DNA from: Firmicutes bacterium UBA911
Lineage (GTDB): Bacteria > Bacillota > Desulfotomaculia > Desulfotomaculales > Desulforudaceae
Assembly: GCA_002294005.1 (NCBI GenBank)
Contig: DBEH01000005.1
Location: forward strand, 19,475-83,474
DNA: 64,000 nucleotides
Direction: 5' to 3'
A model generated the notes under the pieces. That model saw only the letters and a program-made list of their open reading frames with translations, did not search any database and was not told the DNA's origin. The position numbers were made by a program, and so were the translations under genes. Below, in pieces: positions 1-8,345 of the stretch (position 1 is the first letter of the stretch; each line of letters opens with the position of its first letter).

Positions 1-475
1 GTTCCACAATCAGGACCGCCACCGGCGGCCCCGTGATCAGGGCGGTGATAATAATCAAGCGCTGCAGGCCCAAGACGGTCCCGCGCCGCGCCACCGGGCT
101 CAAGTCGGCGATCAGGGTATTCGCGGCCAGGGGGTAGAGCGCCAGACCCAGGGCCTGAATCAAACGGACGAGCAACAAATGGGCCGCAGACGAACCAGCG
201 AGCAGAATTAAAAGCGGCGCGGTCACCAGGGCCAGGCCGCTCACCAGCAGGGAAAGCCGGCGGCCGTACCGGTCCACCCAGGACGCAAAAAGAAACCGGA
301 ACAGCACCGCCGCCCCGGCCAAAAGGGTATTGTACCAGGCCGCCGTCCAGTCGCCGCCCCCCAGTTCGAGCACGTACAGGGGCATAATGATGAAAGCCAG
401 GTGCAGGTTCACAAAAACCATAAAGGACCCGGCAAATAATAGCATCAAGCCCTGGTCCAGCCAAGTCGGCCGCAA
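1..475 (-). CDS. MFS transporter (N-terminal part; runs off window start)
   Basis: Manual translation from TTG at 475: MRPTWLDQGLMLLFAGSFMVFVNLHLAFIIMPLYVLELGG...FASWVDRYGRR; hydrophobic helices plus MFS motif A (D-R-x-G-R-R). Absent from ORF track because no stop in window. Confidence 0.8.
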   Translation of the reverse strand, partial: MRPTWLDQGLMLLFAGSFMVFVNLHLAFIIMPLYVLELGGGDWTAAWYNTLLAGAAVLFRFLFASWVDRYGRRLSLLVSGLALVTAPLLILLAGSSAAHLLLVRLIQALGLALYPLAANTLIADLSPVARRGTVLGLQRLIIITALITGPPVAVLIVE

Positions 476-530
476 GATGGACGCGCCCCCGTTTTTCTTT
501 TCATTATTGATCCTGCGCCGGATTTAATGC

Positions 531-554
531 GAAAAAGGGGTCAGACCCCTTTTC
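531..554. repeat. short palindromic repeat (AAAAAGGGGTCAGACCCCTTTT family)
   Basis: gaaaaaggggtcagaccccttttc; same family recurs about 11 times in the window. Confidence 0.75.
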
Positions 555-649
555 TTACTTGCCTTTTTAGTCTGTTGATTACTACCGGAGGACCTTCCGG
601 TCTGTTATTCTACAATTGCCGGCAAATTCCTGGAGCGGCCCGGTTCCCA

Positions 650-745
650 TCCGGCCTTGAGCGTGGAATACTGAAATGCTGCTCCTGCCGTAGCGTGCGC
701 CATCAACTTACCGGCGTCCGGCCTTGAACGTGGAACACTGAAATG
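650..745 (+). repeat. two 29-bp direct repeats separated by 38 bp
   Basis: tccggccttgagcgtggaatactgaaatg (650-678) and tccggccttgaacgtggaacactgaaatg (717-745), 2 mismatches. Confidence 0.8.
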
Positions 746-759
746 AGGAGGGTGCAGAT

Positions 760-1791
760 TTGGCCACCGTGGCGGTTGCGCTGAGCGGGGGCGTGGATAG
801 TTCAACCACCGCCCTTTTGATGAAAGAGGCCGGCCACCGGGTGTTCACCCTGACGATGGCCACGAACAACCGGGTGGCGGCGGAGGCGGCCCGGGTAGCC
901 GCTTTTCTGGGCCTGCCCCACCACGTGCCGGACGTCAGTGACCTCTTTGAACAACTGGTGATCGGGCCGTTCTGCGCCGCCTACCTGGAGGGACGCACCC
1001 CCAACCCGTGCGTCGCCTGCAACCGCGACTTGAAATACGGCGCTCTTTTCCGTCAAGCGCTCGAATGGGGTGCCGATTATTTCGCCACCGGACACTACGC
1101 CCGGGTGCAACTGGAGCCCGAATCGGGACGGTACCTCCTGTTGCGCGCCCGCGACCCCCGCAAGGACCAGAGCTACGTCCTGTTTCACCTCGACCAGGAG
1201 CGGTTGGCCCGCCTGCTCCTGCCCCTGGGGAACCTGACGAAGGGAATGGTGCGTGAAAAGGCACGGTCGGCCGGTATCCCCTTCGCCGCCGCCGAAAGCC
1301 AGGAGATCTGCTTCGTTCCGGGGGACGATTACCGGGCTTTCATCCGCCGGCGGTGCGGGCGGGCGGTGACGGAGGGGCCCTTCGTGGACCGGCAGGGAAA
1401 CGTCCTCGGGCGGCACCGGGGCCTACCTTTTTACACCGTCGGCCAGCGTCGGGGGCTGGGACTAGCCCTGGGCCGGCCGGTGTTCGTACTCGGTTTCGAC
1501 CGGGAGCGGAACGCGGTGATCGTCGGTCCGGAAGAGGAACTTCTGCGTACCGATCTCCTGGCGGTGGAAGTGAACTATATCGTGCAACAGCCCGACGAGG
1601 GCACCCCCATCGAAGTCCAGATCCGCTACCGGGCCAAGGCGGCCCCCGCCCGGCTGTACCCTCAGCCGTCCGGCACGGCCGAAGTCATTTTTGACCGGCC
1701 CCAACGGGCGGTCACCCCGGGACAAGCCGCCGTCTTCTACCAGGGAGAACGGGTGGTCGGCGGGGGCATCATCAGTTGCGCCGCAAGGTGA
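760..1791 (+). CDS. mnmA: tRNA 2-thiouridine(34) synthase MnmA
   Basis: SGGVDS PP-loop, TPNPCVACN, ATGHYAR, KDQSYVL, ESQEICF, TPGQAAVFY; GAGGAGG RBS before TTG. Confidence 0.96.
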   Translation: MATVAVALSGGVDSSTTALLMKEAGHRVFTLTMATNNRVAAEAARVAAFLGLPHHVPDVSDLFEQLVIGPFCAAYLEGRTPNPCVACNRDLKYGALFRQALEWGADYFATGHYARVQLEPESGRYLLLRARDPRKDQSYVLFHLDQERLARLLLPLGNLTKGMVREKARSAGIPFAAAESQEICFVPGDDYRAFIRRRCGRAVTEGPFVDRQGNVLGRHRGLPFYTVGQRRGLGLALGRPVFVLGFDRERNAVIVGPEEELLRTDLLAVEVNYIVQQPDEGTPIEVQIRYRAKAAPARLYPQPSGTAEVIFDRPQRAVTPGQAAVFYQGERVVGGGIISCAAR

Positions 1792-2890
1792 ACCGCATCC
1801 AGTCTTTTTCGTACGTGATGTCGGTCAGGGTCATGAACCGGAACCGGTCACCCATTGTAAACACTCCCTGGTCCCCAGCCATGAAGTTCAATGTCGAGGC
1901 GTCGATCTCCAGGTCGTCAATGGTCACGGTTTGGGCGCGGAACACCACCGCCTCTCCGCCGGAGACGGGAACCAGGCGCCCGAAGACCCGAAACTCGGGC
2001 CGTCCCTGGGCGTCCAGGCTGGTCGCCGTGATTCCGCGGTGGTCGATGTCGACCCGGAGGCCGGCGGCGGCGCCCTCGGCCGCGGCGGCCAGGGCCCGGT
2101 TGATGGTCCGGGAACCGACCTCGATCAACATGTTGCGTCCTTGAAAATAGATCCGGTCCGGCTGCACGTCCCGGGCCAGGATGATGTTCAACTGTCCCAG
2201 CAGGTTGTTCAGCGGGGCGAGCGACTCCTGCCACCGCCGTTCCAGGCCCGACAACCGGTCCGCCATTTCGTGCGAACGGCCGCGGATCTCGGCCAGCAGC
2301 GCCGACCTGCGGTTTTGCACCCGCTGGAGTTCGGCGAGGCGTTCCGTTATTCTGCTGCGGGCGGTCTTTACTTCGGTTTCGAGAAACGCGAGTTGGTGCA
2401 AACGTTCCTTGATGGCGGCGCTCTGGGTGCGTACCTCGTTCAACAGCATGCCCTCGCGTTCAACCAGCAGAACGGCAAACTCCAGGCGCCACAGGAAATC
2501 GGCCAAACTTTCCGCCTGCAGCAGCAAAGTAAACACCGGCAGGCGGCCTTCCTCGTACAAGTAACGCAACCACCGCCCCAACCGCTCGTGTGTTTCCGCC
2601 AGGCGCGCTCGGGCCTCGGCCAGGTTGCGCTCCGCCAGCGCCCGGGATGCGGCCAGTTCCGCCAGCCGCTCTTCGGAGCGAACGCGGTCTTCCTGCAGCC
2701 CCATCATCTGCAAATTGAGAGTGAGCAGTTCGGCGGCGAGTTCACGTTCCAGCGCCTGGAGTTCAGCCGGGTTTAGCCGCTGCAAGTCCGGAACCGCAGC
2801 CGCCGGCGCGCCGGTGGGTAAAGCGCCGGCCGTTAAAAAGGCCGACAGCACCAGACCACAAAGCAGAGCACAGCAGGGTTTACGCCACAT
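1772..2890 (-). CDS. secreted coiled-coil protein (PcsB/CwlO-like N-terminal coiled coil, no recognisable catalytic domain)
   Basis: Signal-peptide-like N-terminus; heptad-rich region; RLGRWLRYLYEEGR...LLQAESLADFLWRL resembles the PcsB/CwlO coiled-coil motif. Confidence 0.65.
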   Translation of the reverse strand: MWRKPCCALLCGLVLSAFLTAGALPTGAPAAAVPDLQRLNPAELQALERELAAELLTLNLQMMGLQEDRVRSEERLAELAASRALAERNLAEARARLAETHERLGRWLRYLYEEGRLPVFTLLLQAESLADFLWRLEFAVLLVEREGMLLNEVRTQSAAIKERLHQLAFLETEVKTARSRITERLAELQRVQNRRSALLAEIRGRSHEMADRLSGLERRWQESLAPLNNLLGQLNIILARDVQPDRIYFQGRNMLIEVGSRTINRALAAAAEGAAAGLRVDIDHRGITATSLDAQGRPEFRVFGRLVPVSGGEAVVFRAQTVTIDDLEIDASTLNFMAGDQGVFTMGDRFRFMTLTDITYEKDWMRFTLRRN

Positions 2891-3103
2891 CGCAATACGC
2901 ACTCCCGGTTGTGAAAAACCAGCCTAAAGAATCCGGTTTTATTATTATTGGCTGCTTGTAAAAAAAACCCTTTAAAAGCCGAAGACCTCGGGCAAGACGC
3001 GGTCGCGTTGAAAATGTCTGCTGGAGTAGACTTCCTGTAAAAAGCCGGGAGCCCCTGCGGAGCTCCCTTAAGGCGGTTTTTTCAGGCAGACCCCATCAAC
3101 CGC

Positions 3104-4024
3104 TTAAAGGGTTTTCAGGATCACCATGTTGGGCAGGTAGTCGACGTTAACACCAAGTTCCTCGGCGATGAAGCGCAGCGGGACCAGGACCCGGTCGTTC
3201 GCGATAGCGGGCGCGACTTCCAGCAGGGACTCGTGGACCACACCATCGAAGATCACATCGGTGCTGCCCACTTGAAGGATAACTTCCCTGCCGTCCAACT
3301 CAAAAGTGACCTGCTGGTTTTCCGCATCCCAGGCAAACGTGCCGCCCAGAGTCTCGCCCAGTTTCCGGAGCGGTACCATCGTCCGTCCCTTGAGAACCGC
3401 TGGAGGCACGTCGAAGTTCACTTCCCCGCCGTTCATGAACACCCGGAACGCCTTATCGCCCTTCGCCTTGAGCAGGCGATGCAGATGGGTGTAACCGTTC
3501 AGATCCCCGGGAGCATAACGGAGGGCTTTCCGGAAGAAAAACTCGGCGCGTTCGTACTCCCGGAGCTGTTCCAGGAGTTCGGCTGTATCCTGAATCAACG
3601 CACTCCGGGCAGCGTCATCGAGATCAGGGTCTTTGAGTTCCTCCAACACATCCAGCAGATCATTGATTAAGTCAATGAACTCCTGCCGGGCCACCGGGTC
3701 CGAGTCGATCTTCTTCAACTGTCCCGGAGGCAGTTTAGCCATTATCTCCAGCTCATCGAGCAGGCCTTGCCCACCGCGGGCGGCGATTAAATCAGCCAGC
3801 ACCTGCCGGGCCTCCTCGCTCGCCCCGTTCCGGACCACGTTCTGATACGCATTCAAGAGCCCCCCGAGGCTCGGGTGGCCGTCAAGCTTCTTCGCGAGCC
3901 CGGGAGGTGTCCGGGGGGGACCCCCCGCGTTGTTATTGTCCTCGCCGGCAAAGGCCGGCCCGCCAAAGCATCCGATTGCGAACAGGCAGGCCGTGAGTAC
4001 CGCCAGTAGTCTTTTTAGTTTCAC
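3104..4024 (-). CDS. secreted protein with TPR-like helix and C-terminal copper amine oxidase-like N-terminal (stalk) domain
   Basis: AAGGAGG RBS before GTG 4024; signal peptide ending PAFA; FDVPPAVLKGRTMVPLR and APAIANDRVLVPLRFIAEELG stalk-domain motifs. Confidence 0.8.
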   Translation of the reverse strand: MKLKRLLAVLTACLFAIGCFGGPAFAGEDNNNAGGPPRTPPGLAKKLDGHPSLGGLLNAYQNVVRNGASEEARQVLADLIAARGGQGLLDELEIMAKLPPGQLKKIDSDPVARQEFIDLINDLLDVLEELKDPDLDDAARSALIQDTAELLEQLREYERAEFFFRKALRYAPGDLNGYTHLHRLLKAKGDKAFRVFMNGGEVNFDVPPAVLKGRTMVPLRKLGETLGGTFAWDAENQQVTFELDGREVILQVGSTDVIFDGVVHESLLEVAPAIANDRVLVPLRFIAEELGVNVDYLPNMVILKTL

Positions 4025-4072
4025 TTTCTTGCTTACCTCCTTACAATTCACTCTCAACGAGAAATCAGCAAG

Positions 4073-5242
4073 CTATTGTCCTGTATCTTGTGTGCCACCA
4101 CCCCTTTCCTTATCAACACGGATCGTTCTTGTCTGTGCCCTGTCACTTTTATCCGTTTTGCTTCCCGGAAAACCCTCCCGGAAAGACGGTCCTTTCCCCC
4201 CTGGCTTGGTCTGCAGTTCCGGCGGCGTTCCGACTTCTTCTTCCGCGACGGCGTTCGCAGGCGCGGGATCGTCTTGATCCTCGCCCGTTGAGCTCTGGGG
4301 CGGATCTGCCGGTACCGCCGGCACGCCGTGTTTCCCGCCCGGTTGTGCGGACGGCTTGCCGGGGAAGGCCTTTGGGTCTTCAACCCGCCGGCCGTGACCG
4401 GGCGGAGTCTCCGGCGCCTGTGAACCAGGATCGACGGGCGTCTCTTCCCCGGACCTCCCCACCCGTCCCTGCATGGTGGCCAGGGCGGCCACGGCCATCC
4501 CGAAGTCCCGGCCTTCCAGGTTCAGGGCCTCCCGCAGCTTCCCGGCCCGCACGGTGTCCGTATCCAATGCAACCCCTCCTTCGAGGGCCTTTTGCCAAAT
4601 CACGTAATGTGCCGGGGATAGGGCCGCATGCCGGGCCCGCTCCCGGGACTCGATGGAACAGTTGAGGATGTAGACTCCGGTCTGGCCGCCGGCGTCGTCC
4701 AGTTTGGCCTGGATAACGGCAAACAGTTCGGCCTGCAAAGCAGACCGGCCTTCCTCACCGCTAAAGGTGGTGGTTACGACCAGGTGCCTGACCTCCGGTC
4801 CCCGGCCCAGGTAACCGTGCTCCTGGCAGGCCCGGACCACGGCCGCCACGGCCTCGGCCGCCGGGAGCCCGACGAGGTCGAGTTTCTGCACCAGACCGAC
4901 ACCGTCCGCGTTGAGGGCTTCCACCCCGATCACCGTCAGAGAACGGTCAAGGGCCAGCTCGATCCCGGGATTGACCTCCACCCCGACGTATGCGTAAACC
5001 GCCGGTCCGGGGGTGAAACGGGGCATGGCCAAAAATGCCGCCAGGAACAGGACCATAAAGGAAGCAGCGAGGGCCAGCAACCGGATCGGTCGGCGGTATT
5101 CCACCAGATCCTCCATGGTGAACCGGACCTCCTGCCCGGTTTGAATCCCGGGCCGTTTCCTGATTTCCACAAACTCAAAGTCCGCGGTCAAAATTACCGC
5201 CGAGCGGGATTTCACCCGGCAGACCACTCCCCTACCGGCCAC
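4073..5242 (-). CDS. rsgI: RsgI-type anti-sigma-I factor
   Basis: N-terminal GVVCRVKSRSAVILTADFEFVEI anti-sigma domain, single TM helix, conserved YVGVEVNPGIEL and ALNADG periplasmic domain, low-complexity tail; overlaps sigI stop; start inferred from RBS. Confidence 0.85.
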   Translation of the reverse strand: MAGRGVVCRVKSRSAVILTADFEFVEIRKRPGIQTGQEVRFTMEDLVEYRRPIRLLALAASFMVLFLAAFLAMPRFTPGPAVYAYVGVEVNPGIELALDRSLTVIGVEALNADGVGLVQKLDLVGLPAAEAVAAVVRACQEHGYLGRGPEVRHLVVTTTFSGEEGRSALQAELFAVIQAKLDDAGGQTGVYILNCSIESRERARHAALSPAHYVIWQKALEGGVALDTDTVRAGKLREALNLEGRDFGMAVAALATMQGRVGRSGEETPVDPGSQAPETPPGHGRRVEDPKAFPGKPSAQPGGKHGVPAVPADPPQSSTGEDQDDPAPANAVAEEEVGTPPELQTKPGGKGPSFREGFPGSKTDKSDRAQTRTIRVDKERGGGTQDTGQ

Positions 5243-5942
5243 TTTCAGCACCACCTTCCGCGCCTCGGACATACTCCCGCAGGAGGGGAAAGTCCCCACC
5301 CAAGACCACGTACACTCCTATAATGTATCTTCGGTGCCGTTGGATCGTTTTGGGGTTAAGGACCAGCTGCCGGAGCAAAAGAGTGAAGGGCAGTTTTTTC
5401 TTCCGCTCGAGGCTGGCCCGGAGCTCTGGATCTTCCAGGACGCGGCGGGCGATGCCGATCGCCATTCGCCGTGAATCCCGGTGCCTGGGCGTCTCCCGGA
5501 CCAGGTCCTCCAGCGTGATCCCGAACTCGCCCAGTCGCGTGGCGAATCGCTCAATCTCCTCGCGGACGTCGTCCTCCGGAAGGGTGAAATCAGATTCCAC
5601 CGTCTCTTCGGGCGGCTCGGCCTGGGGTAACTCGGGGAAGAAACGGCGGGAAGCCCGGTAATGATCGACCAGGCGCCGGTTGATCACCTGCCGGGCAAAA
5701 CCGTGAAAAGAGGCACCCCTGCCGGCGTCATACCCGTCAACCGCTTCGTTGAACGCCAGGAGCGCTATGCTGTACTCGTCCATATCCCTGATCCCGCCCC
5801 GGCGCGGGACGACTCTGGCCACACAACCGACAATGAAGGACTCGCTGGCGGCAATCAATTCCTCACGCGCATTCCGGTCACCTTTCTGTGCCCGTTTCAA
5901 CAGGGCGGCTGCATCTTCTTCAGCTTCCCTCCGGCGCGGCAT
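5232..5942 (-). CDS. sigI: RNA polymerase sigma-I factor
   Basis: DEYSIALLAFNEAVDGYD, INRRLVDHYR, TPRHRDSRR, TIQRHRRYII are SigI-family motifs; adjacent to rsgI. Confidence 0.92.
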   Translation of the reverse strand: MPRRREAEEDAAALLKRAQKGDRNAREELIAASESFIVGCVARVVPRRGGIRDMDEYSIALLAFNEAVDGYDAGRGASFHGFARQVINRRLVDHYRASRRFFPELPQAEPPEETVESDFTLPEDDVREEIERFATRLGEFGITLEDLVRETPRHRDSRRMAIGIARRVLEDPELRASLERKKKLPFTLLLRQLVLNPKTIQRHRRYIIGVYVVLGGDFPLLREYVRGAEGGAESGR

Positions 5943-6011
5943 CCAACCGCCCCCTCACCCCGAAGATTCCATGATTCGTACGAATACACTCTGGAACTAT
6001 TATCGGTGCGC

Positions 6012-6039
6012 TTCGCATCTCGATCAAGGTTTTCGGCCG
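6012..6039 (-). promoter_or_regulatory. putative sigma-I promoter (autoregulatory)
   Basis: Minus strand CGGCCGAAAA-N14-CGAA matches the A-tract/-10 CGWA architecture of sigma-I promoters. Confidence 0.55.
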
Positions 6040-6151
6040 AACGGCGCGGGACGTGACGAACGCCACACCGGCCTGTGACCGGCATCACAGCGGGCAACCC
6101 CTTTCTGGGGTATGATGTCTAACAAAAGAATCTGGAGAGGAGGACCATCCC

Positions 6152-6333
6152 GTGACGCAGAGAATCAGGCGCCAGGTCATCAGCATCGACGAGGAAAAGT
6201 GCACCGGCTGCGGCCTGTGTGTCCCCGGCTGCCCCGAAGCGCCTGGCAGGACACCGGCGGGAAGATTCCCCTGCGTTCCCTGGTGGTCGGAACCCGGGGC
6301 GGCAGTATCCGCGAGACCATCTGCCAAGGCTAA
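6152..6333 (+). pseudogene. internally deleted 4Fe-4S protein gene
   Basis: Strong RBS (GGAGAGGAGG) and N-terminus IRRQVISIDEEKCTGCGLCVPGCPE, then abrupt switch; another frame gives WQDTGGKIPLRSLVVGTRGG...*, resembling the C-terminus of the ~250-aa family with this N-terminus. Confidence 0.6.
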
Positions 6334-6368
6334 AGCGCAAAAATGGTAAGGCTAAAGCGTAAAACAAC

Positions 6369-6402
6369 AGCCGGACGCCGTACAGGAAGGCGCCCGGCTT
6401 TC
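6369..6402. terminator. hairpin between convergent genes
   Basis: agccggacgcc...ggcgcccggctttc. Confidence 0.5.
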
Positions 6403-6404
6403 GG

Positions 6405-6596
6405 TTATGCATCCACCAGTTCGATCGACCCGGTGGGACACATGTCCACGCACGCTTCGCATTCCAGGCAGGCTTCCGGATGCACCACCGCGGAAACGCC
6501 GGTTACCTCAAAGACTTTGGGCTCCGCCGGGCAAACGGCGGCGCAGGTGCCGCAGGCGATACAGGTCAGCTCGTTGACGACCGGATACAAGCGCAC
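6405..6596 (-). CDS. 2x[4Fe-4S] ferredoxin
   Basis: CIACGTCAAVCP and CLECEACVDMCP; GAGGGGG RBS before GTG 6596. Confidence 0.92.
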   Translation of the reverse strand: MRLYPVVNELTCIACGTCAAVCPAEPKVFEVTGVSAVVHPEACLECEACVDMCPTGSIELVDA

Positions 6597-6907
6597 CGGC
6601 CAACCCCCTCTCCCGTGCCGAACTTCCTGATCGATTCTGTTTTGACCGGGAAAGGTTGTCAAATCCGCATATCCAAAGATCGGCGGAATACCCGCTGCCG
6701 TACAATAATAGACTTTTTAAAAGACAAACGGGAGGGTGAGGGAGTGCTGCGCAAACGTTGGCTTTTGCGCCGCTGCGCCCACTGCGGCGACGGTTGCCTG
6801 CCTCCGTCCCGGGCAAGACGTTAAACTGCCCGCCATCCTTTTTCCCGCTCGATTTTGACCGCGTTCACGCCTGATGGAAGAAGGCCTGATTGGCCGCCGC
6901 CGGCTTT

Positions 6908-8078
6908 TTACCCCCGGAGTTCCCAGAGGGTCACCTGCAGTTGCCGTACGGTGCCGCCGGCCTCGATCCGGACCGGGTGGGGAAGCTGATTGCGGAACTT
7001 AAAGTCGGCGGCGCCGTAGGAAACGGCGGCGTCCCGCCCCACGGGCACGTATCCCACCGGCTTGGTGTGGGCGTGGCGTTCGATGACGGTCAGGCCGGCA
7101 TTCAGCACGGCGCCGTACAGCACCGTGGAGGTCCGACACACCCCCCCCGCCCCGCGCCGGCACGTGCCGGTCGCCGCTGATGGCGAAGCCGATCACGAAA
7201 CCGCGTTCGGCCGACCAGGGCCCGACCGTCTGGTTATAGGAGAACACCTGCCCGGGCGCGATGGTGATTCCGTTCAGGTAGGCGGCGGCCTGCACCGCGT
7301 TGAGCATATTATTGTAGTTTTCACCGCCCGGATTGAAGTTCACCAGGCAGGAACCGATCCGGCGTTCAAGCGGCAGGGTGACCGAATCAAGCCCCGACGC
7401 CAGGGCCTCCCGCAAAATGGCGACGGCGCCGGGCGCCATGGTGAGTCCGGACAGTCCGCCCGGGTCCAGTTCCGCCTCCATCAATGAGATCAACCCTTCC
7501 AGCACCCGGTCCGCTCCGCCCGCGGGCAAAAGCCAGGTGCGGCCCGGCACCGGACTCTCGGGATTCAACTCCTCGGGCACCACCTCGGGCGCTACCTCGA
7601 CGCCAACTTCCGGCATCCGGCCATGAGGTGCAACCGTCGGACCGGGAGCCGAGGGCGCCGGCGGGCTGTCCGTCACTGCCGCCTCTGCTGAAGAATCCAA
7701 CAACCCGATGAACCAGGGCTTTTCCCCCTGCTCCCCGACCATGACCCGGATAAAAGCCGCGGACCTGAAAGCCGGCGGCGGGGGACTCAGGAAACCAGCC
7801 AGCAGGGTGTCGGGCACGAAGGTCATCCCGCCCACCAACCGCGCCGGCACCTCCAGGAGTTCCTCCCGGCCGTCCACCGCGGCGGTGTCCCGGCCGGGAA
7901 CCACCCGCAGCACCCGCCCGCTGCAGTAAGCCGTAGCCCCTTCACCGTCCCAGCCCACCGTCGTCCCCCGGTGCTCAAGGGCGGGGCGGAGCGGCACCAT
8001 CACCGCCGCCCCGGCCGGTCCGGCTCCCGCCACGGACAGGATGATGAACGCCAGAACCGTTGCCGGAAACCACTTCAT
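6908..8078 (-). pseudogene. secreted stalk-domain/VanW-family protein, frameshifted in a G8 tract
   Basis: Signal peptide, stalk domain, VanW motifs (NGITIAPGQVFSYNQTVGP); the GGGVCRTSTVLYGAVL motif is split between ORFs 6999-8078 and 6908-7141 at the C8 run 7141-7148. Confidence 0.8.
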
Positions 8079-8345
8079 GTCCGAAGACCTCCGTACCGCT
8101 GATCAACTGATGGCCCTAAGATATATGGATATGTGGGTGGACTGTAATTAGAACCAATAATGGTATTTATTGTAATGTGGGCGGCGTCTAGGGAGGGAGC
8201 ACCTTGCCTGAACTGCACCACCCGGCTGGGAGGGCGTTCTTCGTCCCGCAAAAATGTCCGGGTCGTCATTGAAAGTGCGGTAGATTCTTGCGGAAAAGAG
8301 AAAACTAACTACACTTCGCAAGACTTAACCCCCGGAGGCCGGAAG

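Noticed and set aside
6326-6365. Short direct repeat AAGGCTAAAGCGYAAAA x2
   Set aside because: Only ~17 bp at a pseudogene end; likely local slippage.
8100-8345. Rex operator upstream of adhE
   Set aside because: No TTGTGAA-N4-TTCACAA-like palindrome found.
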